From a virus, in the IMG/VR virus record IMGVR_UViG_3300020054_000866, positions 32,001 through 96,000 of that record: 64,000 bases of DNA. The stretch is one strand, 5' to 3'. The position numbers were made by a program, and so were the translations under genes. The notes under the pieces are model-generated. The model had not been told where the DNA came from. It did not search any database and worked only from the letters and a program-made list of their open reading frames with translations. How positions within the stretch are numbered: the first letter of the stretch is position 1; every line of letters starts with the position of its first letter. Below, piece by piece: positions 28,325 through 37,119 of this stretch.

Positions 28325-28837
28325 ATGCAATCATTTCTAGTCTCGACTGACTCGTTTGAGACAACAGCAAAAGTACTAGACAACAAGCGCCTGCATAAGC
28401 AGACTCTTGAGGCATGGCAGTGCTTGCTAACAATCTCTGGCCTAGACCCAGAGGGCAACGACCGAAACCCTAAGGGCTGGGTGAATCACCCAGTTGTAAA
28501 AATGTGGCGCGGCTACGAGACAGTGTTTGTCTCATACATCTCGGCTACGTACTTCGAGTGGCGATCGCGCGGGTACAAATCAACTCTTCTTGAGAAAACG
28601 TACAGAACGTACGATCTAGCAGTCTCACTAGGCCGTGTCTCTTCCGAGTATCGACTCCCACCATGGATGCAAGACTCTACGTACTTTAGCAGCCTATGTT
28701 CTACTCATCGGACCGCACTCCTGTGCAAGAACTACGAGTGGTACCATCAGTTCGGCTGGCCAGAGGACTCGGGGACTGCACCAGAGACGTACGAGTACTT
28801 GTGGCCTCATCAAGACGGCTACGTCATCGCCGGCTAA
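28325..28837 (+). CDS. Pyrimidine-dimer DNA glycosylase (DenV / MSMEG_6728-like)
   Basis: MQSFL....F...A..LD.KRL.KQ..E..Q...GW.NHP.V.MW.GY...PPW...HR..L..K..E.Y. Confidence 0.8.
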   Translation: MQSFLVSTDSFETTAKVLDNKRLHKQTLEAWQCLLTISGLDPEGNDRNPKGWVNHPVVKMWRGYETVFVSYISATYFEWRSRGYKSTLLEKTYRTYDLAVSLGRVSSEYRLPPWMQDSTYFSSLCSTHRTALLCKNYEWYHQFGWPEDSGTAPETYEYLWPHQDGYVIAG

Positions 28838-28923
28838 TCGGCTGAGATGGCCCTAGAGTTCCGCACAATAAACTCTACGATATTGCTCCGATAAGCAATG
28901 GTCATAGTATAGAATTATTCGGT

Positions 28924-29265
28924 ATGAATGATTCACGCCCGGGCGAGACTCTATGGTCTGAGTGGTTAGGTGAAGACTACTCTTTATTCTCGAGCGGCGG
29001 AATTGTCTACTACACTATCGAGCACGTGGACATCGAGAATGAAGTTGTAAAGCGCGCTTTGGCATCGTCTCTTCAAAGAGATGGAGTAGCTCTCTCCTTA
29101 GGTGAAGGCTACAAATTTGTCGAGTCAGGTGTGCCGACACATGGATACGTCGGATACACAGACGGAGACGACGAGCCAACAGTTTGCGATTCCGACGGAG
29201 AGACATACTACGGTGACGAAATCGACGAGGTGCTAGAAGCTACCTGGGTCGAAATCGATGCCTAG
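28924..29265 (+). CDS. Acidic hypothetical protein
   Basis: TAGAAT 8 nt upstream; coupled to whiB. Confidence 0.6.
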   Translation: MNDSRPGETLWSEWLGEDYSLFSSGGIVYYTIEHVDIENEVVKRALASSLQRDGVALSLGEGYKFVESGVPTHGYVGYTDGDDEPTVCDSDGETYYGDEIDEVLEATWVEIDA

Positions 29266-29761
29266 CGGTCTAAGTAGATTCGACTGGCAAGACAACGCAG
29301 AGTGTAAGAAGCCAGAGAATAAGCATCTTGCCCCCAACTTCTTTTCTGCCGAGCTCAGGGACAGATACGACGCTAAGAATCTTTGCTACTCGTGTCCCGT
29401 AAGAAAAGACTGCCTCAAGTACGCTCTTGAAGAAAAAGAACTTTGGGGCGTGTGGGGTGGCAAGGACGAGTCTGAAATACGAAGAGCGTTGTCAGTTTCT
29501 CACGAGGGCAAGGAAATACGACGAACAAGATTCCCGAATTGCCCATATTGCGGAGCCCGTCCGGTCAAGCTTCAAGTTCTTGTGCGCCCATCACCTGAAG
29601 GCGGACGTTGGCCGACAATGCGATTAGTAAATTGCACAGAGTGCGACTTCACCTGGAGAAGTAGAACAAGCGCAAACGCTGTAAGCGCATATCATTCAGC
29701 GCGAGAGAAGTCTAAAAAGAAGGCCGAGTCTTCAAAAAAGAGAAAGCCTAAGAAGACGTAA
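29258..29761 (+). CDS. whiB: WhiB-family Fe-S transcription factor with extra C-terminal zinc ribbon
   Basis: W...A.C...FF...AK..C..CPV...CL.YAL...GVWGG; then CPYC...CTEC.F.W and a Lys-rich tail. Confidence 0.88.
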   Translation: MPSGLSRFDWQDNAECKKPENKHLAPNFFSAELRDRYDAKNLCYSCPVRKDCLKYALEEKELWGVWGGKDESEIRRALSVSHEGKEIRRTRFPNCPYCGARPVKLQVLVRPSPEGGRWPTMRLVNCTECDFTWRSRTSANAVSAYHSAREKSKKKAESSKKRKPKKT

Positions 29762-29762
29762 G

Positions 29763-29918
29763 TCAGTCGTGGCTGTGATCTCTTGCCGCAGCAAGAGACT
29801 GAGAAAGCGACGACACAGTCGCTTCTAGCATCGCAATCTTCTGCGCCTGCTGCGCGATCTGCGCGGTGAGACTGTTAATCACCTGCTGGACATCAAGTTG
29901 CATGTCTGGGTTTTCCAT
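29763..29918 (-). CDS. 51-aa coiled-coil protein (not in the ORF track)
   Basis: MENPDMQLDVQQVINSLTAQIAQQAQKIAMLEATVSSLSQSLAAARDHSHD; TAATG overlap with the upstream gene. Confidence 0.65.
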   Translation of the reverse strand: MENPDMQLDVQQVINSLTAQIAQQAQKIAMLEATVSSLSQSLAAARDHSHD

Positions 29919-30184
29919 TACGTGTACCTCTGTCTTTTTACGAAGTCAATCAGCTCTTGATCGACCGCTACGTGATTCGGGGATAATTTTATACCGAGAT
30001 CGCTAGGAAAGTTTAGACCAACGTTAGTTTGAGCCGGAACCGCTAAGATTCTTCCCGCGGTCTCGCAAATAAAGCACGACTCGTCATCTACCCAACTTAC
30101 ACCGCAGTCTGAGCAACAGTAAAGTGTAGAGTTCTTGTCTAGTGCTGAGAAGACAATGTCAGACGCGAAGTCTTCTACCTTCAT
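29918..30184 (-). CDS. Small zinc-finger protein
   Basis: C..C.V.W.....C..C; TAGAAT 7 nt before the ATG. Confidence 0.6.
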   Translation of the reverse strand: MKVEDFASDIVFSALDKNSTLYCCSDCGVSWVDDESCFICETAGRILAVPAQTNVGLNFPSDLGIKLSPNHVAVDQELIDFVKRQRYT

Positions 30185-30198
30185 GCGCGATATTCTAA

Positions 30199-31830
30199 CT
30201 ACCGAGCTTCCTTAGCACTGAACGAAGCGGCAGTATTGGCAAAGAACTGATTCATAGTGTTCGCGCTTCCGCCAAGAACAGTGGCAGTGTTGTTGATGAA
30301 TCGGTACATCACAGAAGTGCCAGATGACGCGCCGTGAGTGTCGACAACTCTAACAAAAATTGGCGCGTACTGTTGCTGAAGAGTTCCGCCAGAGTTTTCT
30401 TCAGTAGCGCCAACTTGAACGCTCTGAACGTCTGTCCATGAGCTTCCGCCGTTAGTGCTTCTTTGTAGAAGCAAATACGGCTCTTCGTCTGTCGCAGTCA
30501 CAGACTGAAAGACTCCACCCAGTTCTACAACGTTCTTCGTAAATCCACTAGTTACGGTCACTGTCACAGACGCAGCGGATCCGTTAGCATCCTGTATTGG
30601 CGAACCGTCCGTGATAGAAGCGTTTGCGTTAGACCCAGCGGCAGTGAGGTTGACGTCTGCCGTGTCTCCTTCGTATGTTGATAACGGGCTCGGTGAAAAG
30701 TTTGATCCGTCATAAACTAAGAAGTCTCCGGCTGCCGGTGGGGAAAATCCCATTGACACATCTGAAAGAGTGTCAAGATCGATTGGCCTGTTGATCCAAT
30801 CTGCTCCGTCAAAGTACAGATGATCTCCAGATGTAGGAGTGACTACTGTAAAGTCAGTGTCGCTAAGATCACCTAACGCGTGATTGGCGATGCTACTGAC
30901 AGTCCCAGTGAATGTCGCATCGGTGCCGTCAGTGCCATTGTCGAGAATCTTAGACGTTCCGTTTCCAGCATAGATGTCGCCAGTGACACTGCCTGTAACG
31001 TCACCAGTGACATTTCCAGAGAGACTGGCAGTAACACTATTGAACGTGACGTTGTCCGTGGTCCCGACGGCTTGGCCAATAGCGATTGACGGTATCGACC
31101 CTTCTCCAATTGTCCCGCTTAGAATTACACCGGTGCCAGCAGTCAATGACTCGACATAGTCGCCTGTGGTGTCAGTGCCGAGCGCAACTGCGCCGCTTTG
31201 CACAGTTGTTGAAACAGTTATCGTTCCATTAGCAAGATCAGTAAGCGTCGCGCTTGCTGAACCTGCCACGTCTCCAGTGAGGGTTACGGTGATCTCAGGG
31301 TCCGGCTTGTTGAGAACATTTGACCAGTCGACCTGCGCGTCGATCTCTCCGATTGTACCTGAGAACACCTCAGAGCTATTCGTCGCGTCTGGGACGAACG
31401 TGAATTTGCCGGTGGAATCGTCAAAGCCAAAGAAGCCGACTTTTGCTGCTGCACCATTATGCCAGCGGAACTCGACACCGCGATCTTTGTTGTCGTCAGA
31501 CGCTGGAGCAGTGTCTCCACCAAGAGTGAAGATCGGATCATCAACAGTAACAGTCGTCGAGTTTGTTGTCGTTGTTGTGCCGTTGACGGTTAAGTTCCCT
31601 GTCACCGTAAGGTTACCGCCAATTGATCCGGCGCCGCTCACAGTCAACGAAGTGAGCGTCCCGACGGACGTAAGACTTGAGCCAAGAACGGTTGAGGCAA
31701 GAGAATACGACGGCGAAGAGTACGTAAATCTCTCGTCAATTGCTTGAATAGCAGTATTTAACGTAGAACCCCAGCCGGTGTCTCCGTTTTCTGGGAGCGG
31801 CGTCGCTCCATCAATTAAATATGTAGCCAT
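30199..31830 (-). CDS. Tail fibre-like virion protein
   Basis: LP..G...WG..LN..I..ID; SSLTSVGTL, V.GNLTV.GTTT, D.DRG.EF, L..LSD......G..L.YDG..W fibre repeats; follows tape measure. Confidence 0.7.
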   Translation of the reverse strand: MATYLIDGATPLPENGDTGWGSTLNTAIQAIDERFTYSSPSYSLASTVLGSSLTSVGTLTSLTVSGAGSIGGNLTVTGNLTVNGTTTTTNSTTVTVDDPIFTLGGDTAPASDDNKDRGVEFRWHNGAAAKVGFFGFDDSTGKFTFVPDATNSSEVFSGTIGEIDAQVDWSNVLNKPDPEITVTLTGDVAGSASATLTDLANGTITVSTTVQSGAVALGTDTTGDYVESLTAGTGVILSGTIGEGSIPSIAIGQAVGTTDNVTFNSVTASLSGNVTGDVTGSVTGDIYAGNGTSKILDNGTDGTDATFTGTVSSIANHALGDLSDTDFTVVTPTSGDHLYFDGADWINRPIDLDTLSDVSMGFSPPAAGDFLVYDGSNFSPSPLSTYEGDTADVNLTAAGSNANASITDGSPIQDANGSAASVTVTVTSGFTKNVVELGGVFQSVTATDEEPYLLLQRSTNGGSSWTDVQSVQVGATEENSGGTLQQQYAPIFVRVVDTHGASSGTSVMYRFINNTATVLGGSANTMNQFFANTAASFSAKEAR

Positions 31831-31864
31831 GTCGTCTCCGTTCTCAGACCTTATTCATAATATC

Positions 31865-34800
31865 TTAGACAAACGCGCCTTTGCGTAGTTGAAATGCTAG
31901 TTGACGTGAAACCATCGCCGCGAGTTCTGCTTCATCCATGCCAGCAGACGGGTATACGTTCAGCGTAATTCCGCCGCCAGAGAGCTGCTGAATGATTGCG
32001 CGATCTCGAGTCGACAAACCCTGCTCGTCGAGCGGCTCAACGCGCTCTCTACGACCACCTTCACCGATCACAGCGAGCATTCCGCCGGACACCGCTGGGA
32101 CAATTCCACCCTCAGCAAGGCCGCCGGCAAACGCTCGCATGTTCGCAGCAAGAGCCGCGCGATCTCGTCCCGCCGATATCTGCACGGCTTGGAACAACGA
32201 TGTGTTGTCGCCGACCGTTGTTGCGTTCTCGAACGTCGGGATTTTGGGGACCGAGATGCTTCTTCCGCCAATAACGGGAATCCAGTCCGGGGCAGTCCAA
32301 CTTAGCTTACCAGCAGTATTATTCCAAATGTTTGCAACGAAGTTAAATGCCGTTTTGAACGCTCCAGTAATTGCCCCAGCAACTCCAGAAATAAAGCTAC
32401 CAACCTTTTGGAAGCCGAGACCGATTCCGTTAAGAACGCCTTCTACGACGTCAGAAACCACACTAAACGCGGTGCTAAAGATATTTCCGATCCCAGAGAT
32501 AACGCCTGTGATAAAGCCCCACGCCTTTGAGAACGCTGTCTTGATCCCTTCCCAAACTCCTCCGATAAAGTCTCCGATACCAGAGAAGATCGCGCGAATG
32601 TCGACACCGAAGATGTCTTCTACCCAGTCGAGAATCTTACCGAAGATCTCCTTAAGAAAGTCCCACGCGAACTGAATCGCAGTCGAGATCGCGCCCTTGA
32701 TCTTTTCCCACGCTTTTCCGAAGTGTTCGCTGACGCCGTCCATGTCGCCTTTGAACAGCGCAAAGATTCCTTGCACGAACTCCCAGACGCCCTGGAACAC
32801 TTGAATGATTGACGAAACTATCCCGATGAAGTAAGAGATCGCTATAGCGGCAACGTCAATTGCCTCAACAAGAAGAAATTGAATCAACGGGATAATGTAC
32901 GTCCCCATGAAGTCGCCAACCTGGCCCATCCAATAGTTGAGCGACTCCCAGGCTCCGTTCATACCGCCAAACGGCTCGAGCGCTGCATCGATAGCTTCTT
33001 TAATGGTGTAAAAGGCGTTAGTTAGTGCTACGAACACTCCGGAGACAAGATCCATTACGGCAGTTCTAAACGTCTCGCTGTTCTGCCACATCAAAACCAA
33101 CGCGCCGATGACAGCGCCGATAGCTGCTACCGCTCCGCCGCCAGAGAGAAGAACTCTAAATAGCGAGGTCCCTTTGGCTGCTAACAGCTCGCTAAGCGCA
33201 TGGATGCCGCCACGAAACTTCTTCACTACATCGAACGCTTTAATGAAGTATCCAGCGAACACCTTGCCAAAGAACCCACTGACCTTTAGCATGAGTTGTA
33301 CGCCTTTTGCAGCACCCAAGAACGCGGCTGTCATGAGGAATATCTCACGCACTGTTTCATTTGCAAGAGCCTTGTTTAGATACTCAAGGCCTGTTGTAAG
33401 AACACCAAAGAAGTTCTCAATTGACTCGGACTCGGTGAAGTACGCTAGTGTTTCACCAAGCGTTAACATGAACTCTGCAACGGCAGGTCCGGTGCTTGTT
33501 AGCGTATCAAATGCCCCCTCGAGCATCTGCAACCCGCCGCCCTGATTGAGGGTGTCAAAGAATCCCTTGATTCCCGGGTTGTTGCCGAGACGAATAAATA
33601 CTCCTGTAAGTCCAGCAAGAAATCGCGATATTGACGCAAAGTTTTCTGCGATTTCAATGAAGAACGTCTCCAGTCGGCCGTCCTCGAGTGCCTCTTCAGT
33701 GAACGTTGCCCAGCGCTCTGTTGCCTCCTGGAACAGATCTAAAAGATTCTGACCGCCGCTACCCGGACCGGCTGCAGCCGCTCCGAGATTCATAAGAGCA
33801 TCACCGATGTTACTAAAGATCTCACCGAGCTGCGCAGCTACGTCGCCGGCTCTGTTGAAGTACTCCGTGAGCTCACTTACTTCGCCCTCAGCGGCCGAGT
33901 TCATGTCCTCGAGAGATGTCTTCCATCTCTCGGTAACTGTGACGATCCAGTCAACGAACCGCTGAATCAGTGGCCCAGCAGCGTCAAGAAGCGAGAGAAG
34001 CACATCGTAGAGATTACCAAACGCCTCACCAAGACCTTCGATGACGTAGACGTTCGTGTCGCCAATTCTCTCCAGCTCTTCGAGATTGCGCGCCTCAGTA
34101 ACTACATCAGCGATGTGAACGGCGACTCGGCCAAGAGCACCGCCTGTCTTCTCAAGTATTCTCTCAAGAACTGGGAAAAGATCGTCAACCAGTTTCTGAA
34201 TCGCTTGCTCGAGAGGTCCAAACAGTTCTCGGCCCGCGGCGTGCTTGAGCTTTAGCATGTCGCCCTCGAGCCCGACAATGAACTCCGCGAATCTTCTAGC
34301 CTCGTCGCTAAGCTTGTCGAGAGCAGACGTTGTCGAGGCCGCCGCGTCTTCAGTCCCTTTACGCGCTTTCTCGAGCTCCTTCTCCGCCTCGAGCTGCGCG
34401 CGGATCGCGTCACGCTCTGCTCTTGCCTTGTCGTCAATGGCTTCCTGAACTCTCTCAGTAGCGGCGACAACCTCGTCAGAACCTTCAACACCCTTGCGGT
34501 TTGCCTCTTCTGTCTCAGCAGCAAGATCGGAGTTGCGATCTTTCGCGCGGCGAAGATTTAGATCTGCTTCAGCGTACGCAAGTTCAGCCTCGCGACGAGC
34601 TCTTGAGTTTGGTGGCAGATCCTGCACCCTAGCGAGTGTCTCACGCGCTTTCTCAAGCTCGATTGCAGCACGGCGCTCTGAGATTGCAGCGTCTTCTGCG
34701 TCAAAGTTTAGTTGCTGAAGACTTTCGGCAGCTTCTTTTCTCGCCTCGGTGAGATCTCGCTCGGCTCTCTCTAGATTCTTGTCAGCGCGAGCAAGAGACT

Positions 34801-35326
34801 CTCTGTTTGACTCAAGAACACGAAGAAGCCTGTTCTCGGCTTGCTCGATTCTTTCGGCATTGTCTTTTGCAGCCTTACTTGGCTTCTTGAGCTCTTTGAT
34901 CGCGTCGCCCATGCCGCTAAACGCCAGTTTAGCTGCCAGTGCACCCTGGCCTATTGCAGCGAATATTCCAGGAAGAACGATAAGAGCCGGAGCGGCCGCA
35001 AGAGCCGCGGAGGTGACTGCGAATAGTCCAGTGACAAGCGCTGAAATGCTGCTGATGACACCAGCGATAGCGGGCCCTAGAGCATACCCGGTGGTGACCA
35101 TCTTAAAGAACGCGTCATTTGCTTGTAGAGCAGCTTGTCTGAACTTTGCAAACGCTCCACTCGTTCTGTTAAGATTTTTTCTTACTCCAGCCGAGAACTG
35201 GTTACCGGCACGATTTCCAATTCTACCAAAGTCCTTCGCGGAATCGTTAAGAGCGTCTTTGATCTGATTTTGGAAGCCAATTGTGATCGCATTTACGGTA
35301 ATAAACGCAGAACCGACTACAGCCAC
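31865..35326 (-). CDS. Tape measure protein
   Basis: MAVVGSAFITV start; long helical Ala/Gly-rich body with periodic W/F repeats; LAEGGIV..IGE.G..E.V.PL end; downstream of the chaperones. Confidence 0.92.
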   Translation of the reverse strand: MAVVGSAFITVNAITIGFQNQIKDALNDSAKDFGRIGNRAGNQFSAGVRKNLNRTSGAFAKFRQAALQANDAFFKMVTTGYALGPAIAGVISSISALVTGLFAVTSAALAAAPALIVLPGIFAAIGQGALAAKLAFSGMGDAIKELKKPSKAAKDNAERIEQAENRLLRVLESNRESLARADKNLERAERDLTEARKEAAESLQQLNFDAEDAAISERRAAIELEKARETLARVQDLPPNSRARREAELAYAEADLNLRRAKDRNSDLAAETEEANRKGVEGSDEVVAATERVQEAIDDKARAERDAIRAQLEAEKELEKARKGTEDAAASTTSALDKLSDEARRFAEFIVGLEGDMLKLKHAAGRELFGPLEQAIQKLVDDLFPVLERILEKTGGALGRVAVHIADVVTEARNLEELERIGDTNVYVIEGLGEAFGNLYDVLLSLLDAAGPLIQRFVDWIVTVTERWKTSLEDMNSAAEGEVSELTEYFNRAGDVAAQLGEIFSNIGDALMNLGAAAAGPGSGGQNLLDLFQEATERWATFTEEALEDGRLETFFIEIAENFASISRFLAGLTGVFIRLGNNPGIKGFFDTLNQGGGLQMLEGAFDTLTSTGPAVAEFMLTLGETLAYFTESESIENFFGVLTTGLEYLNKALANETVREIFLMTAAFLGAAKGVQLMLKVSGFFGKVFAGYFIKAFDVVKKFRGGIHALSELLAAKGTSLFRVLLSGGGAVAAIGAVIGALVLMWQNSETFRTAVMDLVSGVFVALTNAFYTIKEAIDAALEPFGGMNGAWESLNYWMGQVGDFMGTYIIPLIQFLLVEAIDVAAIAISYFIGIVSSIIQVFQGVWEFVQGIFALFKGDMDGVSEHFGKAWEKIKGAISTAIQFAWDFLKEIFGKILDWVEDIFGVDIRAIFSGIGDFIGGVWEGIKTAFSKAWGFITGVISGIGNIFSTAFSVVSDVVEGVLNGIGLGFQKVGSFISGVAGAITGAFKTAFNFVANIWNNTAGKLSWTAPDWIPVIGGRSISVPKIPTFENATTVGDNTSLFQAVQISAGRDRAALAANMRAFAGGLAEGGIVPAVSGGMLAVIGEGGRRERVEPLDEQGLSTRDRAIIQQLSGGGITLNVYPSAGMDEAELAAMVSRQLAFQLRKGAFV

Positions 35327-35384
35327 GTGTCATCACCTCCTTCCATACGTGTCATGCAACATAACTATTCTAGCCCACTTGAGA

Positions 35385-35825
35385 CTACCCTAGAGGCTCG
35401 TCTAGTGCCGCGCCGAATGGCAGTCTCGAGTTCTCATTGACACGGGTTGGCGGAATGTACGGCTTAGTCTCTCTCGAGCGCTGGAACGGATCTATTGGCG
35501 TGGGAATATCCTCTACCTCGAGATCCTCATCTAACGGCCCGCCGATTCCAGGAGATGCGGCAGTGCGCTTTGTAGTAGGCGCAGCGTATCTGTACTCTCT
35601 GTGGTATAACTGACTGTAGAGCATAGACCTAGACTTGTCTCGCGCTTCTGCCTGCTCTCCAGTCGTGATGTGAATGAAATCTTCCTCGAAGAAGAAGTGC
35701 AACACATCGAGCATATCGCTCATTGGGAGCTGCTTAAGATCTACGCCTAGAGTTATTGCTTTGCCGTTGACGTACGGCCAGAGATCTAACGCCCAGTGGG
35801 TTAAGCTTCTGGCCGCGACGTAGGG
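35385..35825 (-). CDS. Tail assembly chaperone GT extension (-1 frame)
   Basis: The frame of the 35385..35723 ORF is open upstream to a TGA at 35829-35831 and overlaps the end of the G ORF. Confidence 0.7.
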   Translation of the reverse strand, partial: PYVAARSLTHWALDLWPYVNGKAITLGVDLKQLPMSDMLDVLHFFFEEDFIHITTGEQAEARDKSRSMLYSQLYHREYRYAAPTTKRTAASPGIGGPLDEDLEVEDIPTPIDPFQRSRETKPYIPPTRVNENSRLPFGAALDEPLG

Positions 35826-36148
35826 CGCTCAGAGTACGTCTCCATCAGCCATGTGACAATCTCCATAATCTGATCAATCTGAATCAGCTTATCTGGGTCC
35901 TTGCACATTTCATCAAAACGCTTGTACTCTTCTTCACCAGAAAGAACTGCCTTAAAAAAGTCGTCAATAACAGCAGCGTTTGCCGCAGGGTTGCTGTCGT
36001 CGCCGGTTCTAGAAGCAAGATCAATCATAACCTTGCCAGGAATACCGCGACGGCAGTTGAATGTTTCTCCATAGAGAGAAAACTGAACTTCTTCAGCATC
36101 TTCTTCAATAGTAGGTGAACCAAAGTCTTTAAACTTCGCCATTGTCAT
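35801..36148 (-). CDS. Tail assembly chaperone G
   Basis: Acidic ~115 aa protein ending Y..RPT, two genes before the tape measure. Confidence 0.8.
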   Translation of the reverse strand: MTMAKFKDFGSPTIEEDAEEVQFSLYGETFNCRRGIPGKVMIDLASRTGDDSNPAANAAVIDDFFKAVLSGEEEYKRFDEMCKDPDKLIQIDQIMEIVTWLMETYSERPTSRPEA

Positions 36149-36222
36149 CTCCGTGTATGTGTCAGCACTTCATTCCTGTGCATGTCATTAATATTTTATC
36201 TTGTAGAGACGTTGAAGGTGCT

Positions 36223-36615
36223 CTACGTGATAGCTAGATACAGATTGTTTGATAGATACCTGTTTGCACGAGTACCTGGGTGATCTACGCGCTCAGTATG
36301 CACAATTGCGCCACCGCGACCGCGGAATCGCAATGTCTTACCGGGACTAGGAAGAATAACGTGCGGTCGTGTGCCCTCGTGATGCATATACGCGTAATTG
36401 AGATCAGATCCTACGAGCATCTGTTGCCCATACGCAGTTCTGTTGTGCTCTAGGTGAATTGACGCCTTAAGTGCTCCGGTCTTTACCCCCACCTGCGCTT
36501 GCGCGGCCACCTTAACCTTAAGAGCGCGACGCTCCAGATCTCGCCCTACAGCACCGCCGCGCGACTTTAAAAGCACGTCAAGTGCAGGGTAGTTCCAAAC
36601 TATTGTAGTAGTCAT
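36223..36615 (-). CDS. HK97 gp10-like tail completion protein (start corrected to 36615)
   Basis: V.TG.L..SI...VGS...YA...HEGT.PH.I...V.HPGT..N.YL; TAATG overlap. Confidence 0.75.
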   Translation of the reverse strand: MTTTIVWNYPALDVLLKSRGGAVGRDLERRALKVKVAAQAQVGVKTGALKASIHLEHNRTAYGQQMLVGSDLNYAYMHHEGTRPHVILPSPGKTLRFRGRGGAIVHTERVDHPGTRANRYLSNNLYLAIT

Positions 36616-37118
36616 TACGGGATAGCCAGAGTTAGCTGCATTGTAGTAAGTTGAAAGCCGCCCTGAGGTGGTGGAGTATCTACAGTTCCAATTACTCCAA
36701 GGCCGAAACCAGTTTCGTCCCACTGATCAAACAAGTCAATTGCCTGTAGTAGAACCCAGGCGTCAACTGCTGTGATCTTAGAGGCGTCTTGAATGTTTGC
36801 TGCTGTCGGCGGACGACCGTTCACTGAAACTATCGGTATTTCTCGTGCAACCGTGACAAGAACAACAGCAGTTCTAGGGACGTTGCACCTCTGCGGTGTA
36901 GACGCTTGATCCCCAGGCGGCCCAAGATACGCTTGAAGAAGTGTAACTGTCAACTGCTCGCAATCAATTGCTGTCTGGCCAACAGTGTAGTACCTTCTAG
37001 ACGGTATCGGGACATTGTACGACTCAAACGTAGACACAGTTCTAGTAAGAACTCCATCAAGAAGAGTGACAATGTTTAGAGCGTCGCTAGACACACCAGA
37101 AATATCAACTATCGACAT
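36615..37118 (-). CDS. Tail terminator-like protein (probable start 37118)
   Basis: Position between adaptor and gp10-like gene; DC.QL.V and P.GG motifs. Confidence 0.6.
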   Translation of the reverse strand: MSIVDISGVSSDALNIVTLLDGVLTRTVSTFESYNVPIPSRRYYTVGQTAIDCEQLTVTLLQAYLGPPGDQASTPQRCNVPRTAVVLVTVAREIPIVSVNGRPPTAANIQDASKITAVDAWVLLQAIDLFDQWDETGFGLGVIGTVDTPPPQGGFQLTTMQLTLAIP

Positions 37119-37119
37119 A

